Assembly: GCA_965644295.1 (NCBI GenBank)
Contig: CBFFRP010000024.1
Coordinates: 1 to 64,000, forward strand
DNA: 64,000 nt
Source of the DNA: Paraphysomonas bandaiensis
Lineage: Eukaryota; Protista; Chrysophyceae
Reading direction: 5' to 3'
This document shows, in pieces, positions 36,618 to 52,031 of this stretch. A model generated the notes under the pieces. That model searched no databases and was not told the origin of the DNA. It was given only the letters and a program-made list of their open reading frames with translations. Every line of letters starts with the position of its first letter. Position 1 is the first letter of the stretch. The position numbers were made by a program, and so were the translations under genes.

Positions 36618-38992
36618 TCATAATAATGGGCTACATAGTCTACCCAGTAAGAGGTCAGCATGATTTGTGTTCAAAACAGACGACAACTTAGCAAATACAC
36701 CTTCGTGATACTTATTGATCCAAGCAATGTGAGCATCGTCCAACATTTCTGTAACAATCATATCTCTCTGGAACGGCACACAAGTCAAAGGTTCAAACGC
36801 CAGGAATCCATTACTTTCTGAAACCTTGTCTTCAAAATGCTTCTCTGTTGCATCAACAACAGAATATAAATTCTCCAGTCTGATACCGTAATTTCCGGAT
36901 TCGTAGTAGCCAGGCTCAATGCTCACGATCATTCCAGGAAGCAAGGCCTGGACGGCCTGTGGAGTACCAACCATTGAGCTAATCCGTTGAGGGCCTTCAT
37001 GTACGTTCAATGCTGCACCGACTCCATGCCCCGTGCCTATATCGCAGAAAATCAGTAAAACATATTTCACACTCCAACATAAAGCAGAATGAACGTGCTA
37101 AAACGTTTAGCGTAAACATGTACAGTACCGTGACTGTAATTCGACGCTGCTCTCCACAGATGGGTTCGTGCCAAAGAGTCCAGCATACAGCCTGGGGTAC
37201 CCTTAGGAAACACACACCGAGCCAAATCAATATGACCCATCAACACACGGGTGTACATTGCTTTCTACACAGAGATTATTAGTTGCATGGATATTATAGT
37301 CAGATGGTATGAACTGTACCTGCTGTACAGAAGGCTCTCCAGTACAAATCGTCCTCGTGACGTCTGTCCACACGTATTTAGTAAATAGAGAAAGAGTTTA
37401 TGTGTTAACGGAAGCATACCAGTTGTTCCATCTATATATTGTCCGCCAGAGTCAAGAAGAAGGATACCATTACCTATAACACTGCACGTTTCCTTCAGGG
37501 CCCTGTCGAATCATACTAATTACAGATCAAACATTTAAAATAACATGAAATAATGCCTGTAGTGTATAATTGCTCCATTAGGCCCAAAGCCAGCAATTGT
37601 CGGAAACGATGGCCCTATAAATTTTTCTTTCGAATAGGATTTCCTGATGGATGTTAGAATGATGTCTATATCATACTCAGTGATCTTTTCTTGTTTCTCT
37701 AGCAGCTCCTGTAAAACAGCTAGAAAGTGAACACAAGCCGCTCCATCACGCACATGGCAAGCTTTCATAGCATTAATTTCACGACGATTTTTAATTGCTT
37801 TCATAAGAGCAATAGGAGACTGAGCCAAAACCCTCTTCTCATGCGGAATGAGGCTGCGAAATTCGTAAGGTATACACAATATCACAGACGATAATATACC
37901 TAGATACCGCATCAGTAGTTCCGTCCTCATCAACCACAAACCTAATATCATCTGATTCATCAACGCGCCGTTTTAGGTCACCTATAAATGCGTCGTAGGG
38001 TTGAACAGAAATATCATTGTCTGCAAGATACTGACAAACTTCGGGATTCACTTTCCTATCATCAATATGAAAAACAACTTCACCTGATGCAAAATTACTT
38101 TAACACCAACTAAATAATGGAGCATACTTAGAGTGATTGTCACATACGCAACAGCTACAGGGTTACAGGGTATATCTGCCCCTCGTATATTCAGAACCCA
38201 CGCTATCTCATCCAGCAGGGTAACAATGAGTGCACCCTTTTCCCCGCACTTATCAACTATATACTCTCTAATCTTGTGTAGCTTATCTCGGGTGGATAAG
38301 CCTGCAAAAGCAATGTCATGTACTCGAATAGGGGAAGCTGGAGGTGAAGGGCGATCATTGCCCCATACTTTGTCGACAAGGTTGTCAGATAAGGCTTTCA
38401 AATGTATATTGTGGGATGATAGATCCACACGGGCAGTGCTAATAAATTTTGATGAATGGAGGAGTGGATCGTAACCAACAGCAGAATTTCTTGGCAGAGA
38501 CATTTTTAAAAAGGTTATGTAGTCTGGAACACCCTGTCAAACGAAAAAATGAATCGCACAACAACGATTTACAAGTAAGTCCACATACTGGTTCTCCAGA
38601 TTTCATCAATGTCCATTCGTTCGAATCTAGTTCCTGTTCGGCCTGACCGTAATACCTACATATAACAACGATGAAATCAATGGAAAATAAGACAGAGTTA
38701 TATACCTGCCGTCTGTCCATAGAAAAGCTGCTGAAGTGGTAACAATTGCAGTGCCTGCAGATCCAGTAAAGTTTGTCATATACTGGCGACGATCAAAACA
38801 AGATGCAGTATACTCGCTCATATGAGGATCTCCTGATGGAATAATATATGCATCAATTCCATTAGTTGATAATTGTTCTCTAAGTAGTCGTAGTTTAGAG
38901 CATGTAGATGCATATCTATAACGTAACGGTAATCGGCTTATAGTAATATTGCAAAATCTATTAGATCGAAGCATATGTCGAGATAACACCAT
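36618..38992 (-). CDS. Xaa-Pro aminopeptidase (aminopeptidase P, M24B; XPNPEP1/APP1-like), multi-exon, possibly with an organellar presequence
   Basis: DAYIIPSGDPHMSEY, FTGSAG...AFLWTDGRY, LDEIAWVLNIRGADIPCNPV, SFPTIAGFGPNGAIIHY, LLDSGGQYIDGTT, GHGVGAALNVHEGP, SIEPGYYESGNYGIRLEN. Confidence 0.96.
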
Positions 38993-40230
38993 ATTGATCC
39001 CGTTATAAAGGTAGCATTACTAACAACACCAAGTGTGGATCTGAAGAGCTAGTGCAGCTGTGCAGTCTTTCCTGCTGTGCGTTCTTATATATATATACGC
39101 TACTGTACTGCTATACCATATGCATATATATGCAATCAAACAACAAACTTTTGAGGGCATAAATATAATGCGATCTAATTTTAGAAACTCAAAATAAGGG
39201 TTTTTTATGCATTTGGTGATAATATCAGAGTTTTAGGATATCTAGCTGAACCGTGTCCAAAAAAACAAGCCCAACACTCCAGTTATACCCACATACAGCA
39301 TACTCCTGTATATATAGCAGTATGTACCACTTTTGTCCATATGATTTAACCATATCTTTATGGTTATACTTAAACTAACAGTAGGATGAAAAGAGATAGA
39401 AGATATCTACAACCGTCATGATGCCTTCAATCCTTCCACTGGAGGGATGCATGTTCATTGGGTGACTGTTAATTGAGACATACTGTGTCTACGTATAAAA
39501 CCCATAAAAACTCCTTTACGATATAAAAAACCAGTATTTTCCAATATCTTGTAAAAACTCAATGTGCCAACTCCGGAACTCTCTGCTGTGTCCACATTCT
39601 GTACATACAGACACTCCGCTGCATATCTACCACTTGACTTCTATATATTACAGTCATAAAACTATTAATCTTAATGATGATTGTTGAATTAATTCATTGA
39701 GATGAATGTGTTCTTCCAGCTGCTCCGTCCTTATCTATCATCCTTCCATGATATGTGCAACCGTTCATTCTCTTATCAGTGAAAATAATCTTGAGTGTAC
39801 TGAAACGTTCATGATGGTGTGCATACAAGTGATTGCATTTATGGTACAGACCTGCAGACTAGTACTACTGTCAAGCTCATCATATCAGTGCAAAGCAAAC
39901 TAGACATTGTAACTGATAGTTCAAATGGTGAAAACTCGAGCGGAGAGTGCCCGTATAATCGTGATATTATACAGATGATTAAAACTTAAAACTATAGAAC
40001 AAGATAATTCATTTTTTGGCCATTGTGTAATATGTTCTACTGTGTATCTAGATTTTATTTTTGAATAGGGTTAAAATTACTGAGCTTTGAACTCATTTAA
40101 TTATCAATTTATTGAAGCAGTGATATATATCTCTCATCATTCATTGTCGTTTGCCATTTACACTGTAATATATATGTAGTAAGCGGCCGGCAGAAGCAAG
40201 CACACTTATTTCGGAAACAATCTTCCTTGC

Positions 40231-40393
40231 CCACTGCTATTATATATGTGTATGTCCACTGGTCTTATATATGTGTATGTCTACTGCTTTTATATATGTG
40301 TATGTGTACTGCTCTTATATATGTGTATGTCTACTGCTCTTATATATGTGTATGTGTACTGCTCTTATATATGTGTATGTCTACTGCTCTTAT
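40231..40393. repeat. Minisatellite, 25-bp unit (C/G)TACTGCTCTTATATATGTGTATGT, about 6.5 copies
   Basis: Direct tandem copies with alternating C/G at the first position. Confidence 0.93.
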
Positions 40394-41337
40394 CTCGACC
40401 ACACCCCCACCACGCCACACAGCGGCATCTCCGCCATAGAGTTACACTCTCACCTACATATCGTCCCATCCACTCCCCAACACTGTAGTTCAGGTCCGCC
40501 GGACACATTGCCCAAAGGTAGACACCCCGACTAACCTCACAACAAGGGGCGTTTGCACCATGGTGCTCGTAGCGATGCGCAAGTAGTCTCCAGAATAAAG
40601 AATTGATCTTAGGAATAGTAACACAATGTTGTGATTATTAGAGTGTAAAGTAATGAACACGATAGAGTGAGAATTATTGATCATGTATCTTCAACAAATA
40701 CACTCTCCAATTCAGTTCATGATATATTACCAGACGGTTGATTCATCATAGCAAACCAAGCTAGTAAGTCTATAGATATATACATAGACTCTAGTCACAA
40801 CCGTTCTCATGTAGTAATCAGATATTCTTATATGTAATAAGCGAAACTCAACGCTGCGGCCGAAATATTTGTATAGGCGGGGCATTTCGAATGTAAAAAA
40901 AGTATCAGAGCACTTAGACAAACGTTGTCTGTGCTCTCCTTAATGCCATTTAACAGCACGTATAAACCTGCTGACTCACAAAACATAACTATGTGCTTGG
41001 TAAGTTGTTAGGCCAAGAAATTGATTTGTGATATGATGCTAACAGCTACAATGGAACTTTTTAACTACCTGCCAAGTAAAAAATATTTAATTCAGTTCGT
41101 CAAATTAGCTCTGTTTGCTTGCTTCTGAAAACATTTATCATTAGAATCTAGGAGATTATAGAAACATACTAGAATCACGCAAAAACAAATCAATTGTAGT
41201 AATATTTGTATATCTAAAACTTAGTGAGACGGCCAGTAGAAACTAACCACCAAGACTGCTACCTCGCTTACTTGATCTGAACAGAAATAATAAAAATATA
41301 TCAGCATATATATAGTATAAAGCTTATAACCAGTAAC

Positions 41338-44300
41338 TCACCGTGTGAGCATGCTTTCCATGCTCCTCCTTTGGGTAAACTTAAACTTCTCGAAGCGCTT
41401 CTGAACATCACTCCCAGTTCTCTCTAATTCTACATCCGCGACACGCGCGTCCGATACATACTTTTCACAGACAACCTCACTTGAACTTGACACAACATTA
41501 TCTTTCTGTGGATTGTTGTGCCAAGTGGTCTCTTCATCACGAACATCTGTGGAGTCTTCACATGCACTTACACTGCATTTCAACTCACTGTATGATTCAT
41601 TTCCCTCATGAGATCGTGATTCCATCGCACTACTTTCAGCACTACTACAATCCCTATCATCGTTATGGACGCTTCTACTGTTATCATTATGCATCATTTC
41701 ACATCCTGATTCCACGTCATGATGTAACCTACTCGCTGCCATTTTACTCAGAGGAGAATTGACACAATCGGACGGATCAGAAGAATGTAGAAACGATACC
41801 TCGCTGCTGTTTTGTATTATATGTTCGTCAGCAGGGGTTCTGGCAAGGGAATACTTCACTATGTAATACGCAATAACTAATGCACCCACAAACGCTACAA
41901 CCCCTATATATAAGGGGTTATCCCTTAAAATCACCCATACAGTGAGCACAAGTGCCACAACTATAGGCTGGAGACTGCGTACAACAAGGCGTTGCAAAGG
42001 GGGGGGAAGAGCACCAATCCATTGCAGAAAAAAGATAGCTGCCGCAGTAAGTGAGAACCGCTCAGTTCGAGAATACAGAGAATATCGACCAGTGATGGGA
42101 AGGGCGTGAGTTGTATTCCATTTGTATCCTATCTCGCCTGGAAAGTATGACCTAAAAGATCGTACTATTGAACTTTCAAACGTGTGTGGATAGGCCATTG
42201 CTACTCCAGTTGAAACGAAAAAATACCGTGGAGCATCAAGAACAATTTCCCCAATGTACTCATCGTCGTTTCCACAGGCCGATGAAATAGTTCTACGCAG
42301 AGCTGTTAACACAATCTGCACTTCGTTTTTCGCTAAGCTTGGAATAACGTACTGAATAATGCAGCACTCTGATGTCTACAAGCAAGAATCTAAAGTGTAG
42401 AAATTAACAAATATAGTGGCTATACCTCGAAGAACAAAATTTCCACCGCAATTTGAATAAGGCAAGCTGTTACAAACATTTTCTGCCAACGCTTTCCTCT
42501 TTCAAGCCCGCGAAGCATTGAGAAAAACACAAAAAACAGGTTTATCAGAATAACAACTACCCAGCTCAACACTTGAACCCACTTATTTACAATCCATCTG
42601 TTACTGAAGCTGCAACAAATGTTAAATAAAAACACCGTGATGTACTGTAATGCTAAGTATACACACTTTTGCACTATTACTTACTCATATTCCGACTTGT
42701 TCTTAAAAATCTTCGCCACAACAGTATCTCTCTACAGAGGAAGAAACCCGTCATCGTCAAGAACGTTAATACGATAAAATCAACACCCTACCCCAAGAAT
42801 GTCGAGACAAAATAGTTGTATAATTTCCATTCCTATATGGGCACTTGAGGCGTTGACCAAAGATGCAGATTTTTCTTCCGTGGCCTTCTTCACATATAAA
42901 AGCTCAGATTTGATTACTTCCTCGCACTGCTTATTGGTAATATTTTGGCAACACATATATCTATAACTCATCACCGGATCTGAAGAAAGAAATTCACAGT
43001 GTGCATTAATTCTATACTGTTCAATCAGAAGAAGCAATAATGAGATATTTATCTATCCTGTACCTCCACTTCGAGTCGAATGCTTCTAACAAATGTTTTT
43101 GTAGTAATTTTCGCTGGTCAACAATATCTACCATAAGTTCTGCGAAGAGCAACTCTACCGCCGCTTCGTCGCCTTCAACTGCCTGCATTGAATCTATTGT
43201 GTTTTTTGCACAACTGAGTACGGGGATATAATCAGAACGATCCTGTGAGACAAGTTACCACGTATAGTATTTCTCTGTCAGAAACTTACGCCTACTTCTA
43301 CCAATGACTGCTGCCGCTCTATTTTTCTTCTGGAAATGAAGCCATCGTTTGTTTGACGAATTGAAGGAATGATATTCTTCGACGCTGCAGTCGCCAGTAT
43401 ATGCGACTCTTGTACGCGCGGAGGAAGATGTTTACTACTTCGTAGAGATATAAATGTTCCAGACGATTGGCGATTGAAATGAGAAGATATAGCATTTGTC
43501 AGCGACTGTGTAGCAGACGAAGCTGCATTAGAGAGGCGACGCGCAGTGGCAGAAAGTCTTCGTGTCAGTCTATTCACAAAGCCATTTCGGTCAAACTCCT
43601 CTTGATGTAATGACTCTTGTGTGGGAGATGATAACAACTCAAACAAGAAATCGACAAATAAATTCATTGGGGCTGTGAACATCGCAACAACTACGGAGAA
43701 TAAAACGACAACCTTCAAATACCTTGTCATGGAACCGCTCATCCAAATAAGCAAGATTACCTCTATAGTCAACTCAGGGTCTGAGTAAACACACCGGGGC
43801 GACCCGTCTTCTTCATGTACACTTGAATCATGTCGTTTCCAGGAACACATTGACCTTGACATGTCGTATGGCAGGGTAGCTTCCGTACAGTCTTCCTCGG
43901 TGGTATAGTTTTTGCACTCACCGTTGTCATCCGGAAACTAAACAGTAAAAATGTGAATATAAAATAAAATATGTTCATATACATACCTCAGTATCATACA
44001 AAACAGCAAGCAAAAACATTAACATTGACTGAATAGTAAGCACATACAATACAGAGAGAACTTTGATATTAACCGAATTGTCACCGAGGTTGGAAAACAC
44101 CAAAAAACACCGATGATGTCTCAACAATTCCTTACTTAACTTGGACAGAGAAGATCCACACCGAAACACTTCAGGGCAAACTGAATTCACATACGCCAAT
44201 AGGATATCATATATTTCATCTTTCGAACACGAATCCTCTCGTTTTAACGACTTGCACATAGCAGTGAGTGTATCAAAACTTATTTCCGCTTGCGTACTCT

Positions 44301-47300
44301 TTGCGTTCCATATGATAACAGCTATTGCAAAAAACCCAATGGCCCACATAATGCCGAAGAGTAATACTACATGTAAACTATATTCAACATCCGATTCAGA
44401 ATCAAAATTACGAGCAGTAATTACAGTGTCCTCAGCTTTCTTCAGTTCTGTCGATGTGATTACCCCTACCTCCATTACGCCCGAATCTTGAAAGGCATCC
44501 AGACGACGCTCATCGGAACGGGGTACGATCTCCCTATCGGTGGTACAAAAACAAGTCGCATTATGCGATGAATAGCTCAACGTTTCGCACCTAACACTAG
44601 CACTATTCAACACTTTGCACCTCGGGATAAGTGCTCTTTGTGGGCATACAGATGTCTGTACAAGGTCGCTTCCATTGCAATAATGAACAATATCATGCCC
44701 GGTATTGTTCTCACAAGAATAGTAGTACGTTGCAACCTCATTTCGATTGCACTCTGTCGTAAATGATATCGGGTTTTCACTGATTGTGATATTTACGAAA
44801 TCATTGTACTGAATGGAAAATATCACCGGTGATGCAATTGTGACATTAACTTCACCTTTTATTGATAGACGAAGAACATTCGACACTAATGATAGATTGT
44901 ATAGTTTAGACTGCAATGACAAAAGGGAAACGCTGAGCTCGTTTTGACCAGATATTATCGTGCATGTTGATGGTATTGATACAACGGCGGCCTCCAGATC
45001 AGTCCGAGGAACACTTAGTGTCAAATTTTCGTCATTGAGTAGCACCTTTTGAGTAACGAGCCGATACGTTTCCTTAATAGCATACACCGATTCTTGGCCA
45101 ACAAGCATGTCACTCAACACAATATTTATCATTTTGTCTAGCAAAGTCAATGATGAAGTGCTATTCTGCGGATATAACCCATGTGAACTCGTGGCGGAAT
45201 CAATAGCGTCCATCACACTCCAAATATCACGATAAAACAAATTATAGTTTGCACTCTTACTTAGCACAACGTCAGACACGTTGCGTGAGACAACATTCCC
45301 AGCTTCTCCAATTGCATATGAATTGATTACGACAGAGGACTGTAAATTAGACCACGATGTAATACTATCTTGGGTCGGATCATCAATCTGGACAAGCTGG
45401 TTGAGAGCATCTAGCATTGCAGTAACTGTATCAGATATTACAATCGAACTTGCAGATGTATATTCACAAGCTAGTCCACTGTAACCCAAATCACATATAC
45501 ATTGTGTTGTACAGGTTGGGTCTCCAAGGAGACATATATCTATGGTCATCCCCGAATCATTATTTACAAAAGTGCACTTTCCATGACTTGAGCAGTTGTT
45601 TGCACAATGAATTGTCTCCCTTACGCACTGTTGATCAATGCAGCTTTCCCATGCTGAACATTCAATATTATTACTACAAGAACCTCCCAGCTGAGACACA
45701 TCTTGTGTTGGTATGCACTCTGTGTTATCATCTCGCTCAGTTCCAACATAACTATCAAGACATTTTCCACATGTATGAGCAACCAAAGTGCAGGGGAATC
45801 TATTCAATTCTGAACAATTGGGGGAGTTGAAGCATGGGACGCTATTCACAATAACAGATGACACTGAAATAGTTTCACGAATTGTATCTGTTTCAATCCC
45901 GTTGTCGAATTCATAGGACAAATCTGTTGAGAACGGATACACATATATATCTGCACTGGTTCTGGAGAAGGCATCCAGAGAATCATACACGTTAGCGGAA
46001 CATGTAACTCTCCACAAGCTTGAATTTTTACCTGATGGAAAATAAGAAGATGTATACGTTTTTTCTGACCGGCCATGAACAACTAAAAATATATCGTAAT
46101 CTGTACGAAATCCAAATTCGTATGAAAGTAAAAGATCGTCGTCTGTGTACTGAGATGCTGATAAAACAAACGAAGTGCTCATTTCATACCCACTGGATGG
46201 GTTAATTTTAAATATCCCAGGAGCAGGTGGCGTATTCATAGAAACCAAAATGGTGACAGCGTTGTTCTCACATTGCAAAGTGAATGAGTATGCGGACATT
46301 TTACTCATCAATGACCTAGAAGCGATTACCAAATTCATATCATTCACACCAGGATGTAACTGTTTGTCTATGGAAGTTAACGATAAGCCAGATAAATCTA
46401 ATCCATCATCAGAACGCCATGATGCAGTAACAGTACTATTCACTTCAACAACACCAAGAATAGCTATCTCACTCTGTGGATTAACTTTAACAACATTTTC
46501 ATCAGAATTTTGCACGACAATTCGGGCTGATGACGAAGGAAGTATTGTTACAAACACGTGTGTCTCGCTTTTTCGACTTGAATCAGAGATCTGCAACGTT
46601 ATCTTGAGCATTGTCCCAACCTCATTGGAATTACTGACATGAATCTGAAGTTCACCACTTTCGGTAGTATAGAGCTCCGCCCCACAATCAGAACTCAGGA
46701 CAGGCTGTTGTCGATAGCAGGACCATAAAAAATTCAAGTGAGAAATCCCGGGAGCATCCTGGTCATAGCTCTTACCACCACTTAGTATCAGGGAATCTCC
46801 CAACTTTACGGTTTGATAAGATGACCCAGATATAATAGGTACTATCCTCCCACTTTCCACAGTAACATACACTGAGGCCGATGAAACGTAGTTCGTATTG
46901 AAAGCATTGACTAGCACATCAAATCTATACACCGATCCAACTTGCATGCTGTAAGGAGAAAGCTTAAACTTCATATGATCAGGAGATATCGAAGTCAATG
47001 TAGTCAGAAGATCATTTTCCCATACAGACCACGTGTAAACTAAACTACTACTCATAGTATTATTGTTCCAACTACATGGTGCAAAAAACGCCTGTGCCTT
47101 CAAATTCAAGCTTCGTATGGAAATAATACGCCTCGTGTGAGCGCCAATAATGCTGACAGTGGGCAAAGGCTCTGACAGAACATGCAGATAGTAGGTTGCA
47201 TTTCCACATGCCCCAAGAAAATTACAAAGCCGTATAAAGAAAGAGTACGATCCTGCTTCCAGTTTGTCACTGGACAGTTCTGTAGGAGGCGATATCTCGT

Positions 47301-50300
47301 AAGAGTTTTTAAAAAATGATTCAATATCATTCACAACAGCACTACCATTGACCTGTCCACTACCAGGAGAGTAGTTAATATTTACAGTAAGAGACCCCCA
47401 ATGTCTCCCACCGTCCCCTACAGAAGCTGTTAAGTCCAATATGAGTGGCTGACAAATCCCAAGTGTTGACGGAGCTGACACTGCAACATTAGGAGGAATT
47501 AGAACAACTGGAGGTGTTGTGTTAACAGTCAGTGCATCCATTGTGCTCCAGTTACCACACTCAGCACTGCTGTATGTACATTTCGCTCTGATGAGACAAC
47601 AATTAACACCAATTGTATCTCCTACAACAATGAGGTCGTCAGTGCTTTCAACATCACGGTACCTCACCGCAACATATTTATCTGAGAGCCATTCACATGA
47701 AGCATACTTCGCTCCCCTAAAAGCGAAGAGGGTATCGCATGGGAAGGGAAGCGACTGGCGACCTCTATCTGTAGCGGAGTCGAAAACTATTTCGAGTAAC
47801 TCCCCTGTGGTGGAAAACGTAGCCGATAACAACTTCGGTATCGGTGGTTCTGAATTAACCTCGTACACAGAAAGTGTGGTCTGCTGAAAAACTGCTTCGT
47901 ATTCATTTGCGGAATCTCCAGAGAAATCGACCACTAACTCATAATCCCCAGCAACCGGTCTATTTAAATCAAAGTAACGGGGCTCCGACCAATCTTGTGA
48001 CGTTAATGTTACATTAGGGGGAAAAAATGGATAAAATAGCTCCGTGCTCATATTCCCATCAACGCGAACAGCACTCACAGAAACCACTACAAAATTTGAC
48101 GGCCTACTGTTACCTGTTAGAATTAGAGCATTCTCAGTAATTAACAGCGCGGGATACTGGGTACTTGAAAATGAGAATAATATTTCCTTACAACAAAGAG
48201 TTTGCGCTCGCTTCGTAGTTTGAAGCATGTACTCATAGGTATAGATATCACTCGCTGATGTGCAATACACGTTGTACCAAGTAAATGGATAAAGTGCTGA
48301 TATATGTACTACACCAGACATTGCATAGTGCTCTTCCACTAAAACAGCAGTTTTCGACAAAGGAATTGTAGTATTCGTCTCATACGCAGAACATAATATC
48401 GGCTCAACGTCAGCAACGGAAACAAAAATACGTAGTCCTTGTCGACAGCTTTCTATTGCTATAATTGACAGCATTTCTGAAGGGCGACTAGAAGGAAGAG
48501 CGGATGGAGTAAACGTAGGGTCCATGCTCCATAAAAACGAAGATGGCAGTACTGTGGGGTGTGGTGGCCAATGAATAGATGGCTGTGATGATGGGACACT
48601 TGTTAGAGGCGTTATCTCACAGACGTAGCCCTTTTGGTGGTTCACTTCTTCGATTTCCCACAATCCATCTTCCATCATAATAGCTGCGTTGCCATTCTTG
48701 AGATCAATACCAACTTCAAAATTAGTGTAATCGGACTGGGGTTCAACATCGTTATCCCACATCCAAACGCCGTCTGAATCACTATCGGAAAACCCAATGT
48801 AGACGCCATTCGTACTCTCACATCCAAGCGCATCACCAACAGCTTCCACCAGATAGGAATTCTCATCATCGTCCTGAACTGCAACTAAGTATCCACCAAG
48901 CGAATTGCAATATGACTGAGCTGTTATGTAATTGTAAGGGTTGGATTGAACCTGATAACAATGGCCGCCGTAGAGACTGAAACCTGCTGGACATTTTACT
49001 GTTGTGGAAATAGAACATGGAACGCGTGAGGCTTCACAAGTATACGTATTTTTTTCCTCGCACGAGCAGTCTATCCAATCCCCATTTTCGATAATACAAG
49101 CACAGTCCATGTTTGTGTCATACTCTACCCAATTGGTATAATTCCCAGTCCCAGATCCATCTTCCCACAGCCAAATCCCTTCTGTTATGGAATCTGTATA
49201 CCCAATAAATCCTTTCCACAATAAGCAGGAATTAAAATATGCACTCCACGCTACATCAAACACACTTTGCTCATTCGCAGTATTTATAGAGACTATATAT
49301 CCGCCATTTTTCGAACACTCCGACCTAATGTCTGTGAAACTTTTTTTCGACGAACTGAAGTAGTAGCAATAGTCACCGTCATTGTATGCATGAAAGCCAG
49401 GTGGGCAGCAATACTTGGATGTTGTAGGAGATATTGTAGGATACGACGATATAAAATTGATCATAGACGCATTCGGACCTAAATTATAATTTACTCTAAC
49501 CTCATCGTCACTCAGGGCACCGTCCCAAATGCGAAACTCATCGAATAAACCAAGCAAGCCGTCATTCTCCCTACTGAGAGAATACAACGCCTGGTCACTA
49601 CTGTGCGGTATTGGTATACCATTCATAGGTAGTTCACCCGTTAGTTCTCCATTTATATACAAGCGCATCGTATCAGAAAACTCACTGCAAACCAAGGCAA
49701 TGTAATGCCATGAGTTGTCGAATACAACATACGATACTACATTGACATATTGCTTGCCATCATCACTGCATATCGAACAATACAGTGAGCTAAAAAGCTG
49801 TCTCCGCGAGCAGAGAATATAGGGGCAAGTATCATCACTGCTCCCAAATTGAAACACCTTTGCATTACCAGAATTTTCACCGGCGTAAACCCATGCTTCA
49901 ATAGTGACAGCTTTCAGGGAATCCAAGAGTGTATTAGGAAGCTTCACAAACTGATTCACATCATCAAAATGAACCTTACCATCACTTATATATGCACTAT
50001 TGAATAGCTCCCCATTGAAATCAGTCCCCCCTACAGAGTCAACTACTACGTTACTGTAGTTTGTTGTAAAGGAGTATCGATGAATCAGTGATGCCCCTGT
50101 TATCTAACATCATACAATCATATTCCATAATAAATAACACTAACCGATAGAACTTGTCCTGATTTCATCTTTACCATCACTATTCAATAACTGATGAGAA
50201 CTACTGAACTCATTACCATGAACTACGTCCTGTGACTGCAATGAGGCCAACACAATGCATCGATAGAGTGATAGATAACATAAAACAAGAATAATTAAGA

Positions 50301-50322
50301 AACATGAAGTGTGTTTATACAT
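41338..50322 (-). CDS. Giant multi-exon membrane receptor-like protein: signal peptide, LamG/concanavalin domain, two C-type lectins, PKD/REJ module, EGF-like repeats, GPS-like region, several TM helices
   Basis: LamG TIEAWV...WHYIALV...LYINGE...FDEFRIWDGALSDDEV. CTLD CPPGF...CYYF...GYTDSITEGIWLWEDG and CPAGF...IGFSDSDSDGVWMW. REJ-like LILSGGKSYDQD...FLWSC and NTPPAPGIFKINPSSG. EGF CSSHGKC...CICDLGYSGLAC. Hydrophobic segments in the 3' exons. Confidence 0.85.
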
Positions 50323-50681
50323 ATATAAAGATTAAAGTTCACCAATCAGCATTGTGGATGATTCAGTATCTTAAAGGGACCAAGTTATCTAAACTTCATT
50401 TCTAATATATGATATGTACAATGCATGTCCTGGATGTCACATAATACATATGTGAATATGCATAACCATCACAAACTACATAAAATAAAGTTCGGACTAC
50501 GGAGTATACAGATGGCGTATTCCTGTATTATTATGGAAGGAAGGAAGGGTGTGGAAGACTTGTATATGTATATATGTAGCATGTTAGTCTATCAGCTATA
50601 CAGTGTTGTGTCAATGCAAGTCAAAGAGAAGTGATCATAATAAGGAGTAAGAAATAATAATAGGACTAAAACTGCATTACG

Positions 50682-51586
50682 ATGGTCAGTTTTAAAACAG
50701 TTTATTTAGTTTCTCTGCTATTCTTTGCAGTTTCTGCGAAGAAGCCGACTAAAAAGCCCTCAAACAAAGATGGACCCCACATTGCATGTGACGTGTGTAA
50801 CAATGCAGTGGATAACTTATTTGAGGCTGTAAAAGATGCTCGTAGTAAAGCTCCTTATCAGAAACTAGATGAAGGAGAGATTCAGGATATAATTGATTCC
50901 ATTTGTAAAAATGATGACCCCAATGGGGAGTGGATACGCCGACTTGACATAGTGGAGAAACTAAAAGAAAAGGGTACTTTTCTCGAGTTAGATGAGCCTG
51001 GAGGGGTATCTAAGTGTGGTGTGGAATGCCAAACAATCACAAAGAGCTGTGATGATTTGTTTGAGAACGACATTGATGCAGACGAATTGTCCGCTATGCT
51101 GTGGAAGAATAAATTATCCAAGAAGGAAGCGAAGGTACTGTTGTGATGGTATTGCTAGCCTCACTTATCGTTGAATAAAACAGAAAACGGTATGCAGAGA
51201 GTGGTCCAATAGATGCTCCAAAAAGGCAAAGCCAATTACCTTTGTCAGAGAAGATGAGCAGTTCGTTGAAATGTCGGACAAGGATCTCCAAATGGAACAG
51301 TTAATGGCACAGATGAATGCAGCGGGTATGATAGTGTGATTTATTTTATATACATGTAGTGAGAAGTGATCTAATTACAGGAATGGGTGGTATGAGCATG
51401 TATAACCGAGACGATATGGAGGATATGGTGGCGAATGGGGGGTTTGGCGGCATGGGTGGCGATTATGATGATTACGGAGATGGTGGACTTGATCCAGAGA
51501 TGGCTGGGGGCTATGGTGGTTTTGGGGATATGGGTGCAGGATTTGGAAATGCAGATGACCTGCAGAATAAGGGATACGAGCTTTAA
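50682..51586 (+). CDS. Secretory-pathway saposin-like protein (canopy/DUF3456-like) with a Gly/Met/Asp-rich tail ending GYEL
   Basis: Signal peptide. IACDVC...IDSIC...KCGVECQTITKSC cysteine pattern. Short GT-AG introns after 51134 and near 51325. KDEL-like C-terminus. Confidence 0.75.
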
Positions 51587-52031
51587 ATGGGTCGAGGATG
51601 TATAGCTCGTAGTTAAGTTTTAGTATCTGTAGATAGATGGTGCGATTCGTTGCTGCTATCACCTTAAAATCAATACATTCTCATATTAACATATCGTCGG
51701 TATGTATCAGTGATAGCTCAACACGCATAAGTGTGTCACTTCTCAATTCTCAACATCATCTATTTCTGAATACTGGCTGTTGCCCTTTGTGACTGCTGCA
51801 ATATCTGAACGACATCAGATAACTTTTGTGTTGCAATATCTCGGATTCGTGACTGTATCAAATAAATACTGGATTTAGTTATTATATATTACGATAATAA
51901 TGATGTAACCACATCTCGTTGTCGCAGTGAAACACCAAATAAAGGAAAACCTATGTCTCAACGAACAAAGACAGAGCAAACTCTATACCGATGCATTATA
52001 AATGTAAACAAGAATCCCCAATGCGTAAACA

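Noticed and set aside
40394-40595. GC-richer island as a structured RNA gene
   Set aside because: No tRNA cloverleaf, snRNA or rRNA signature was recognised.
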